The notes under the pieces: model-generated
Databases searched by the model: none
What the model saw: the letters and a program-made list of their open reading frames with translations, nothing else
What the model was told of the DNA's origin: nothing
Origin: a bacterium
GTDB lineage: Bacteria > Hydrothermota > Tepidihabitantia > Tepidihabitantales > Tepidihabitantaceae
Assembly (NCBI GenBank): GCA_046485285.1
Contig: JAWOHE010000057.1
Location: forward strand, 1-18,379
DNA: 18,379 nt
Direction of reading: 5' to 3'
Made by a program: the position numbers and the translations under genes
Shown: positions 8,321 through 15,454 of the stretch, piece by piece
Layout: each line of letters opens with the position of its first letter
Numbering within the stretch: the stretch's first letter is position 1

Positions 8321-8797
8321 TCAGGCCGGCTTCACCGGCTCGCAGATGTCAACGATGAACCTCTTCTCCGGGTGCTGCTCGTGGTCGTTCAGGTAGACCT
8401 CGTAGCACATCCGGTCGTCCGGCTGAAAACCGCTCTGCGGCAGCCACTCGCAGAGCAGTTTGTTCCAGGCCGCGCCGAACTCGGTCGGCGCGATTTCGGC
8501 GTGGGCGACGGCAAACAGCCCGCCGGGCACGGTCATCGTCGCAACGTCACCGCCGACCGCGGTCCCGGGCGGGATGGTGACACAGGCATCAGCGCGCAGG
8601 TCCTCGGGCCTGGTTTTCTCCGGGTCGTCGTGGTACACGGCCAGGACCTTGACGTCCGGCCGGCCCATCAGCCCGAGCGGCCCGGCCCAGCCAGACAGCC
8701 GCTCAAATGCCCGGCCGATCGTGTTGTACGGACCGACGTTGCGCGCACAGGCGACGTGCAGCCCGGGCAACTGCTTCAACTCGAACGATATCTTCAT
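8321..8797 (-). CDS. Stand-alone GyrI-like small-molecule-binding domain protein
   Basis: Motifs GPY..IG.AFERL..WA, YHDDP..T..EDLRADAC, PGGLFAV, EWLPQSG..PDDR.CYEVYLND...DICEPVK; SD-like AGGAAGGGAG upstream. Confidence 0.9.
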   Translation of the reverse strand: MKISFELKQLPGLHVACARNVGPYNTIGRAFERLSGWAGPLGLMGRPDVKVLAVYHDDPEKTRPEDLRADACVTIPPGTAVGGDVATMTVPGGLFAVAHAEIAPTEFGAAWNKLLCEWLPQSGFQPDDRMCYEVYLNDHEQHPEKRFIVDICEPVKPA

Positions 8798-8925
8798 CTT
8801 GACTCCCTTCCTGGCTGTCCCGTCAGCCGCTCGCGTTGCACTGCCGGTGAGGTCTCGCTTGCAGCAGCTGTCGCTGCTGCCGTCGCGGTAGTCGCGCCAG
8901 ACACCGCGTCATCTCACCGGAGAAA

Positions 8926-8990
8926 CACCAAGACACAAAGACGGAAGACTCCGGGGTCCGAACCCGCGAACCCCTCTTTGTGCCTTCGTG
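8926..8990. repeat. Imperfect inverted repeat (REP/MITE-like intergenic element)
   Basis: CACCAAGACACAAAGA (8926-8941) versus TCTTTGTGCCTTCGTG (8975-8990): 14/16 complementary with a perfect 8-bp inner core, around a 33-nt spacer. Confidence 0.55.
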
Positions 8991-9089
8991 GCCTGCCCGG
9001 CATTGCGTTGTGGATGAGTCCTGCGCCGGTCGCACGGCCGGGACCGCCGGCGGGCGCTGCGTCTGCCGTGACTGCCTCCTGATGATGAT

Positions 9090-9118
9090 AGCATAGTTCG
9101 CACCGGCCCGGCTGTCAA
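9090..9118 (-). promoter_or_regulatory. Sigma70-type promoter reading toward the GyrI-like gene
   Basis: TTGACA (9118-9113), 17 bp spacer, TATGCT (9095-9090); about 285 nt upstream of ATG 8797. Confidence 0.7.
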
Positions 9119-9139
9119 CCCCTCGCGGCGCGCGTCTCC

Positions 9140-9167
9140 TTGACTCTCACGGCGTTTCCGGTATAGT
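9140..9167 (+). promoter_or_regulatory. Sigma70-type promoter for rpmB
   Basis: TTGACT (9140-9145), 16 bp spacer, TATAGT (9162-9167); SD AGGAGG at 9191-9196. Confidence 0.75.
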
Positions 9168-9201
9168 GCATTCGCCCTTGTGACCGTCTCAGGAGGAAAC
9201 C

Positions 9202-9390
9202 ATGGCTCGACATTGCGAAGTCTGTAACAAGATTGCCGGCGTCGGCTCGAACATCAGCCACGCTCACAACGTCACGAAGCGCCGCTGGGAGCCGAATCTC
9301 CAGCGCATCCGCGTGAAGGACGGCGGCACGACCAAGCGGATTTGGGTCTGCACCCGGTGCATCCGCTCGGGCAAGGTCGCCAAGGCCTGA
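9202..9390 (+). CDS. rpmB: 50S ribosomal protein L28 (zinc-binding, two CxxC pairs)
   Basis: [10 protein letters not shown]...[20 protein letters not shown]...VCTRCIRSG is the L28 signature; strong SD. Confidence 0.97.
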   Translation: MARHCEVCNKIAGVGSNISHAHNVTKRRWEPNLQRIRVKDGGTTKRIWVCTRCIRSGKVAKA

Positions 9391-9416
9391 GCCCGGACCG
9401 GATTCCAGGAGGTGTC

Positions 9417-10376
9417 TTGAACTGTCTCATCACCGGTATCACCGGGTTCGCCGGCAGCCACCTCGCCGAGTTGCTGCTTGGCCGGGGCGACTGCGAAGTC
9501 CACGGCATCATCCGCTGGCGCTCGCGGACCGAGAACATCGAGGGCATCCGCGACCGGCTGCACCTGCATGTCTGTGACCTTCGCGACACGACCTCGATTT
9601 ACGAAGTCATCGCGCGGGTCCGACCCGAGATGGTCTTCCACCTCGCCGCCCAGAGCTTCGTGCCGATGTCATGGACCGCGCCGGCCGAAACGCTCTCGAC
9701 CAACATCATCGGCCAGGCTAACCTGTTCGAGGCGATCCGCGCGGCCGGGCTCATCGAATCCTGCCGGGTGCAGATTGCCGGGTCGTCCGAGGAGTACGGG
9801 CTGGTTCACCCCGAGGAGACCCCGATCAAGGAAACCAACCCGCTGCGCCCGCTCTCGCCCTACGGCGTGTCCAAGGTCGCCCAGGACCTGATGGGCTACC
9901 AGTACCACCAGAGCTACGGCCTGAAGGTCATCCGCACCCGGGGGTTCAACCACACCGGCCCGCGCCGTGGCGAGGTCTTCGCGACCTCCAACTTCGCCCG
10001 CCAGGTCGCCCTCATCGAGACCGGGAAACAACCGCCGGTCATCAGCGTCGGCAACCTTGACGCGGTCCGCGATTTCACCGATGTCCGCGACACCGTCCGT
10101 GCCTACCGGCTCGTGCTCGAGAAGGGCGAGCCGGGCGAGGTCTACAATGTCGCGACCGGCAAGGGCTGGCGAATCGGTGCGATGCTCGACATCCTGCTCG
10201 GGCTGGCAAAGGTCAAGGTCGAGGTCAAGCCCGATCCGGCCCGGATGCGGCCGAGCGACGTCGAACTCCTGCTCGGCGACCCGTCGAAGCTCAGGGCCCG
10301 AACCGGCTGGGAGCCGGAGTACAGGTTCGAGCAGACGATGGCCGACCTGCTCGACTACTGGCGCGGCCGCGTCTAG
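9417..10376 (+). CDS. GDP-mannose 4,6-dehydratase-like extended SDR (GMD/RMD family)
   Basis: TTG 9417 after AGGAGGT. Motifs GITGFAG, GIIRWRS, HLAAQSFV, GSSEEYG, SPYGVSK (YxxxK), FNHTGPRRGEVF, GNLDAVRDFTD, RPSDV..LLGD. Confidence 0.85.
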   Translation: MNCLITGITGFAGSHLAELLLGRGDCEVHGIIRWRSRTENIEGIRDRLHLHVCDLRDTTSIYEVIARVRPEMVFHLAAQSFVPMSWTAPAETLSTNIIGQANLFEAIRAAGLIESCRVQIAGSSEEYGLVHPEETPIKETNPLRPLSPYGVSKVAQDLMGYQYHQSYGLKVIRTRGFNHTGPRRGEVFATSNFARQVALIETGKQPPVISVGNLDAVRDFTDVRDTVRAYRLVLEKGEPGEVYNVATGKGWRIGAMLDILLGLAKVKVEVKPDPARMRPSDVELLLGDPSKLRARTGWEPEYRFEQTMADLLDYWRGRV

Positions 10377-10393
10377 CCGCCGACGGTGCCGGC

Positions 10394-11386
10394 ATGAGCC
10401 GGGTCTTCATCACCGGTATTGAAGGCTTCGCAGGCCGGCACCTTGCCGGCCTGCTTGCCGACGCCGGCCACGACGTCGCCGGCATCCACCTCGCCCCGCC
10501 CCCGGCAGACCCGCGCCTGCGACTGCACGAGGCCGACATCCGGGATCTGAACGCTGTCGGCCGGGCGCTGCTTGACTGCCGGCCGGAGCAGGTCGTCCAC
10601 CTCGCGGCCGTCAGTTCGGTCGCCGAGTCCGAGAACGGCGCGGCAACGGCCTTCGAGGTCAACGTGCTCGGCACCCTGAAGCTCTTCGAGGCCATCCGGA
10701 TCGCCGGGCTCCGCCCGCGCGTGCTCGTGATTTCCTCGGCCAACGTCTACGGCTCGTCGGTCTCGAGCATCCACTCGATGCACCGCCCGCCCGCGCCGCT
10801 GACCGAGGACTCGCCGCTCCAGCCGCTGTCGCCCTACGCGCTGTCCAAGCTGGTCTGCGAGCAGGTCAGCCGCTATTATCGCGATGCCCATGGCTTTGAT
10901 GTCGTGGTCCTGCGGCCGTTCAGCCACACCGGCCCGGGCCAGTCTCCAACTTTCGTCTTCGCCTCCGCCGCCCGGCGCATCGCGGCAATCGAGCGCCGCT
11001 GGGAACAGGACCCCGACCTTGACGAGGCAGCTCGCATCGTCGAGATGGGCAACCTCGATGTCCTGCGCGACTACACCGATGTGCGCGACGTCGTTCGCGC
11101 CTACGCGCTCGCGCTCGATCGGTGCGAGGCCGGCTCGACCTGCAATGTCACCTCGGGCCGGCCGGTGCTCATCCGCGACGGCATCGAGACGATGGCCCGA
11201 CTCGCTCGCTGCCCGGTGCGGGTCGTCACCACGGCCGACCGGCTGCGCCCCCGCGACCTGCCGGTGCTGACCGGCGACCCGGCCCGGTTCCGGGCGGCCA
11301 CCGGCTGGGAGCCGGCGATTCCTTTCGAGCAGACGCTCGCCGACCTGCTCGACTACTGGCGCAAGGAAATTGGCAAGTCGCCCTAG
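10394..11386 (+). CDS. GDP-4-dehydro-6-deoxy-D-mannose reductase (RMD)-like extended SDR
   Basis: GIEGFAG, HLAAVSSV, SSANVYG (no dehydratase Glu), SPYALSK, FSHTGPGQS..F, GNLDVLRDYTDVRD; tandem paralogue of the preceding gene. Confidence 0.8.
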   Translation: MSRVFITGIEGFAGRHLAGLLADAGHDVAGIHLAPPPADPRLRLHEADIRDLNAVGRALLDCRPEQVVHLAAVSSVAESENGAATAFEVNVLGTLKLFEAIRIAGLRPRVLVISSANVYGSSVSSIHSMHRPPAPLTEDSPLQPLSPYALSKLVCEQVSRYYRDAHGFDVVVLRPFSHTGPGQSPTFVFASAARRIAAIERRWEQDPDLDEAARIVEMGNLDVLRDYTDVRDVVRAYALALDRCEAGSTCNVTSGRPVLIRDGIETMARLARCPVRVVTTADRLRPRDLPVLTGDPARFRAATGWEPAIPFEQTLADLLDYWRKEIGKSP

Positions 11387-12233
11387 CGTTTCGATCCTGA
11401 TCGTCACCTGGCAGAGCGGCCGTGACATCGAGACCTGCCTCGACTCGATTCACTCGCGCCGCGAATTTGAGGTCATCGTCGTCGACAACGCCTCGACTGA
11501 CGACACCCGCGCGCGACTGGACCGGTATCATCACCTCACCGTCATCGCAAACGAGCGAAACCTCGGCTACGCCCGGGCCACCAACCAGGGCCTCGCCGCC
11601 TGCCGCGGCGAGCATGTCCTGATGCTCAACCCGGACACGAAGCTCGAACCCGGAGCCATTGACGCACTCCTCGACCACCTCGATGCGAACCCCGGCCACG
11701 CCGCAGTTGCCCCCCGGCTTCTCAACCTTGATGGCACGCTCCAGCGCTCGGTGAGGGGACTGCCGACGCCGGCCGCCGCGTTCTGGGACCTGACCGGCCT
11801 GGCGTTCGTCTTCTCGCGGAATCGCCGCATCGGACGCATCCGGATGGCCTGGTTCGACTACGACTCGGCCGGCCCCGCACCCCAGCCGATGGCATCGTGC
11901 CTCGTCTTCCGCCGTAAGGTGCTGGTCGAGCTCGGCGGTATGGACGAACGCCTGCCGATATTCTACAATGACGTTGACCTGTCGCTGCGGATGGCCGCAC
12001 GGGGACTTGTCACCTGGTACCTGCCGACATCACGTGTCTTCCACGCACGCGGGGCAAGTACCGGCCAGGCCAGACCAAGGATGCTGCGCGAGCAGTACCG
12101 CTCGCTCATCCGCTGTCTCGCCATCCACGACCGATCCGGATGGTTCTGGCTGAAGTCGGTTGCGCTGGTGCCGCTGGCCGGCCTGGTAATGCTCGTGCGG
12201 ACGCTGGCCTGGCGCCGGCGCCGGCGCGGCTAG
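11370..12233 (+). CDS. GT2 family glycosyltransferase (WbbL/GT2-like)
   Basis: VSILIVTW, VVDNASTD, NLGYARATNQG, LMLNPDT, GGMDE...FYNDVDLS, H..GAS; TTG start overlaps the previous gene. Confidence 0.9.
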   Translation: MASRPSVSILIVTWQSGRDIETCLDSIHSRREFEVIVVDNASTDDTRARLDRYHHLTVIANERNLGYARATNQGLAACRGEHVLMLNPDTKLEPGAIDALLDHLDANPGHAAVAPRLLNLDGTLQRSVRGLPTPAAAFWDLTGLAFVFSRNRRIGRIRMAWFDYDSAGPAPQPMASCLVFRRKVLVELGGMDERLPIFYNDVDLSLRMAARGLVTWYLPTSRVFHARGASTGQARPRMLREQYRSLIRCLAIHDRSGWFWLKSVALVPLAGLVMLVRTLAWRRRRRG

Positions 12234-13423
12234 CTGACCGACCGACGCACAAGTATCTCGAGTCGCTCGGCCAGCCGTCTGGCCTGCGCGCGCCGGTCGA
12301 ACCGTTCCCGACCTTTCCCGGCGAATCGGGCCGGGTCGCGGGCAACCTCGGCCAGCGCCTGCCCCAGCCCGGCCTTGTCGCGCGCCCAGCGGCCGCAACC
12401 GCACGATTCGACCAGCGCACCGGCCTCGGCGGTATCCGGCCCGTAGACGACCACCGGCCGCCGCGCCCCCAGGTACTCGTAGAGCTTGATACCCACAGGC
12501 TGGCCGGGCTTGCCGACATAGAGCAGGACGCCTGCTCCGAGCATCAAGCGACACGCATCGCCGTGGTCGAGAGTCCCGAGGAGCGTCACGCGCGAGTCGC
12601 GGGCCAGGCGTCGCGCCGGCTCGGTCGCTACCCGGCCGGCGACATATAGCCGAGCGCCGGGCACCGCGTCGAGTGCCCCAACCGCGTGCTCGAAATCCCT
12701 CTCATTCTCCCAGAGGTTGCCGACATGGACGACCGCGAAGCCATCGAGCTTCTCCGCCTCGCGTTCGAACTCGGTCGGGTCGAACCCGTTCTCGAGCACC
12801 TCGACGCCGGACCCGGCAAGTCGGGCGGTGCCCTCATTGACGGCCAACGCCAGGTCGGCGTGACGCAACAGCTGCTGCCGCAGGCGGGCGAGCGCGCTTC
12901 GCTGCCAGGCCGGCGGCGGCTGGAAGCCGGTCGGCCAGGGGTCGCGGAAGTCGAGCACAAGCGGCAGGCGCGACTGCGCCTTCAGCCGCGTGCCGATTAC
13001 GAGCGAGGTGAACGGCGGCGCGGTCGCGAAGATGGCCGCCGGCTTCTCCCGCTCGATGATGCGCCCGCCCTCGCGGACCGCGAACGGCGTCCAGCCGACC
13101 TTGGCGTCCGGAAAGAGAAGGTAGTTGAGGAGCCGCGGGCCCCGGCCGAGGTGGCGGGCCGCTGAAGGTCGCAGGCGGGCTCGCACGGGCCGTAGCCGGT
13201 TCAGGAGTCGTGCCGGGTCAGTGCTTTCAGTCCGGTAGATCTGCGACCCGGCGAGGTCTTCAAGGAGCTGCGGGTCGTAGTGGTAGTAGGCCGCAGGCTT
13301 CACTGTCAGGATCAGCGGCCGCCAGCCAAACTCGGGCAGAAACTTGCACAGCTTGGTAACCCGCATCACGCCGGATAGCCCGAGCGGCGGAGTGTAGTAG
13401 GCGACGACGAGCAGGCGGCGCAT
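12230..13423 (-). CDS. GT-B fold (GT4-like) glycosyltransferase
   Basis: LVVAYYTPP...GV.R..KL.K.L..FGW, FPD...GW, ATAPPF, DFRDPW, NGFDP, KLYEYLGARRPV. ATG overlaps the helicase stop (TGATG). Confidence 0.88.
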   Translation of the reverse strand: MRRLLVVAYYTPPLGLSGVMRVTKLCKFLPEFGWRPLILTVKPAAYYHYDPQLLEDLAGSQIYRTESTDPARLLNRLRPVRARLRPSAARHLGRGPRLLNYLLFPDAKVGWTPFAVREGGRIIEREKPAAIFATAPPFTSLVIGTRLKAQSRLPLVLDFRDPWPTGFQPPPAWQRSALARLRQQLLRHADLALAVNEGTARLAGSGVEVLENGFDPTEFEREAEKLDGFAVVHVGNLWENERDFEHAVGALDAVPGARLYVAGRVATEPARRLARDSRVTLLGTLDHGDACRLMLGAGVLLYVGKPGQPVGIKLYEYLGARRPVVVYGPDTAEAGALVESCGCGRWARDKAGLGQALAEVARDPARFAGKGRERFDRRAQARRLAERLEILVRRSVS

Positions 13424-15447
13424 CAGCGGGTTCCGCCCACCCGCTCGGCAATCCGCGCCGACACGGTCTCCGCCGTCATCTCAACCGGCTTCACCCGGCG
13501 CAGGAACTCAATCGTACCGCCCATATCGAGTGCCAGCAGGTGGTCCTCCACCTTGAGTTCATCGGGCAGTAATCCGAAGAAAGCGCCCGAGCCAAGGCTG
13601 TCTTCGAGTCGGGCCAGGTTGCGCCGGACGACCTCGCGCATGGCACCCGGTTCCGGGACCGGAAACCGCCCGAGTGCCGTACAGCCGCAAAGCGCGAACA
13701 GCCGGCCATCGAGGTCGGTCGCGCTGACGCCCGAGGCCCCGAGCGCCTCGGAGATGAGATAGCCATGGGTCGTGCCGAGGAGATGCAGGATGAACACCTG
13801 ACCGCCGTCACGAAACCACGGGAACTCATCCGGCTCGAGCTCTGGGAACAACTTCGACTTCAGGACGCGTGCCAATCCGTGGCCGTGACCACCCGTGCCG
13901 GTGCCTTCGAACACCTTCGTTGCCGCCCCGACCGCTCCCGACGGCCGGACCAGCAAGAGGCGCTCCTTCTCTCGGAACTCTGCCAACTCCCATGTCCGGC
14001 CGCCGAGCAGGAACTGGCGGAAGACGAAGAAGACCGTGCCGAGGGACCGACCGGTGGACGCCTCGCGCACCTCAAACTTGCCGAAGCTCTTCTGCTGGAT
14101 GTTTGAGTGAATCCGGCCATATCGGACCTGCGTCTCGAGACGGTCGCCCAGCGTATAGATGCCGGGCCGGGTCGAAACCACCACCTCCTCATTGACCAGG
14201 TGCCGGAACACTTGCTCGACCGCCGGCGCGCTCTCAGCCGGGAAGATCCGGCGAACCGCGGCGAGCGTCGCGCCGACGCGGCGACGCTGGTACAGGTAGG
14301 ACACTATCTGCTGGGGAATCACCGCCAGCGTGGGCGTGTAGGGCTTCTCGTGGAGCCGACCCTGCCGCGCGCATTCGAACAGCGTTTCGAACTGGAACCG
14401 CTCCCAGCCGTCCGTGAAGAAGCCAAGCGCAACCAGCCGGCCCTGGTCCCGCCGGTTGCCTCGTCCGATGCGCTGGAGCAGTGACGAGACGTTGAACGGC
14501 GGCCGGACAAGCACGACCGCATCGACGTCGCCGATGTCGATACCGAGTTCGAGGGTCGAGGTGCAACACAGCAGCCCCGAGTTATCGGCGGTCATCGCAG
14601 CCTCGACCTCCTCGCGTACGCGGCGGTCGAGACTGCCATGATGTACGCGAACCCGGCCCTGGAACGGCGGCCGGTCGAGCTGGGCGACCGACGACTCGGC
14701 CCACGACCGGGCGTTGAAGAACACCAGCGCCTTGCGACAGCCACGAGCAGCCAGCTCGCAGACGACCCGGCCGGCCCAGTCGCCGTCCATCGGGAACAGC
14801 GCGGCGTCGATGGCACGCGCATCGTCGACCTTGACCGTGCCCGCCCTCGGGAAGTAGCGCGCACCGATCGCATCGTCGTCGACGGTGGCCGACAGGGCAC
14901 AGAACTGGAGCCCCGTCCTGACCAACCGCAACCGCTCGAGCAGAACCCGGAGCTGGTCCCCACGCGGAGAGTTGTCGAGCAGGTGCAGTTCGTCCAGCAC
15001 GACCGCCGCCAACGACAAGAGGTCGCGAGGCCGCCGGCACAGCAGCGAGTCCAGCGACTCAGGCGTCGTGATTAGCAGGAACGGCAGCGCCCGCGCGGCT
15101 TCTCGGGGGTGGTCGCCGGTCTTCCGGCCAACTTCCAGCCCGAGCGCGGCTACCGGCCCTTCGAGCCGCCGGTGAAGGTCATTGACCAGCGCCCGTGTCG
15201 GCGACACATACAGGACCGCCGGCTCGGGCGGCTGGCGTTCATCGGCCAGGATGCGCTCGATGAGTGGAGCCGCGACCGCCTCTGTCTTACCCGTCGCTGC
15301 CGGCGAGATCAGCACCAGGCTCTCTCCCCGGAGCACACGAGGTATTGCCAGTTCCTGGATCCGAGTCAGCTGTCCGAAGCGGGAGAAGAACGGAAACCAG
15401 GTCCGCCTGAGCTGCTGCCGGATTGCCTGCGGGTCCGCAGCAATCAA
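13423..15447 (-). CDS. Lhr-like SF2 DExH-box helicase (BrxHI/SngC-like), ~674 aa
   Basis: Q-motif FGQLTRIQ; I SPAATGKTE; Ia SPTRALVND; Ib TTPESL; II DELH; III SAT; IV VFFNAR; HHGSL; V TSTLELGIDIG; VI QRIGRGNR; then a winged-helix-like segment and FLLGGRTW. Start moved to TTG 15447, 7 nt after the upstream stop (track start 15609). Confidence 0.9.
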   Translation of the reverse strand: MIAADPQAIRQQLRRTWFPFFSRFGQLTRIQELAIPRVLRGESLVLISPAATGKTEAVAAPLIERILADERQPPEPAVLYVSPTRALVNDLHRRLEGPVAALGLEVGRKTGDHPREAARALPFLLITTPESLDSLLCRRPRDLLSLAAVVLDELHLLDNSPRGDQLRVLLERLRLVRTGLQFCALSATVDDDAIGARYFPRAGTVKVDDARAIDAALFPMDGDWAGRVVCELAARGCRKALVFFNARSWAESSVAQLDRPPFQGRVRVHHGSLDRRVREEVEAAMTADNSGLLCCTSTLELGIDIGDVDAVVLVRPPFNVSSLLQRIGRGNRRDQGRLVALGFFTDGWERFQFETLFECARQGRLHEKPYTPTLAVIPQQIVSYLYQRRRVGATLAAVRRIFPAESAPAVEQVFRHLVNEEVVVSTRPGIYTLGDRLETQVRYGRIHSNIQQKSFGKFEVREASTGRSLGTVFFVFRQFLLGGRTWELAEFREKERLLLVRPSGAVGAATKVFEGTGTGGHGHGLARVLKSKLFPELEPDEFPWFRDGGQVFILHLLGTTHGYLISEALGASGVSATDLDGRLFALCGCTALGRFPVPEPGAMREVVRRNLARLEDSLGSGAFFGLLPDELKVEDHLLALDMGGTIEFLRRVKPVEMTAETVSARIAERVGGTR

Positions 15448-15454
15448 GGTTCCC

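Noticed and set aside
8905-9022. SAM-I or cobalamin riboswitch in the GyrI leader (CTCATCCA...GAGATGA on the minus strand)
   Set aside because: Internal conserved cores (GCAACC/GGTGC for SAM-I; GGGAA and the B12 box for cobalamin) are not present in the right order.
8915-9080. AGGAGG followed by ACG and a ~51-codon frame just after the 9090 promoter (possible decayed gene or leader peptide)
   Set aside because: No canonical start at the SD-appropriate position, the peptide is not protein-like, and the frame runs through the inverted repeat.
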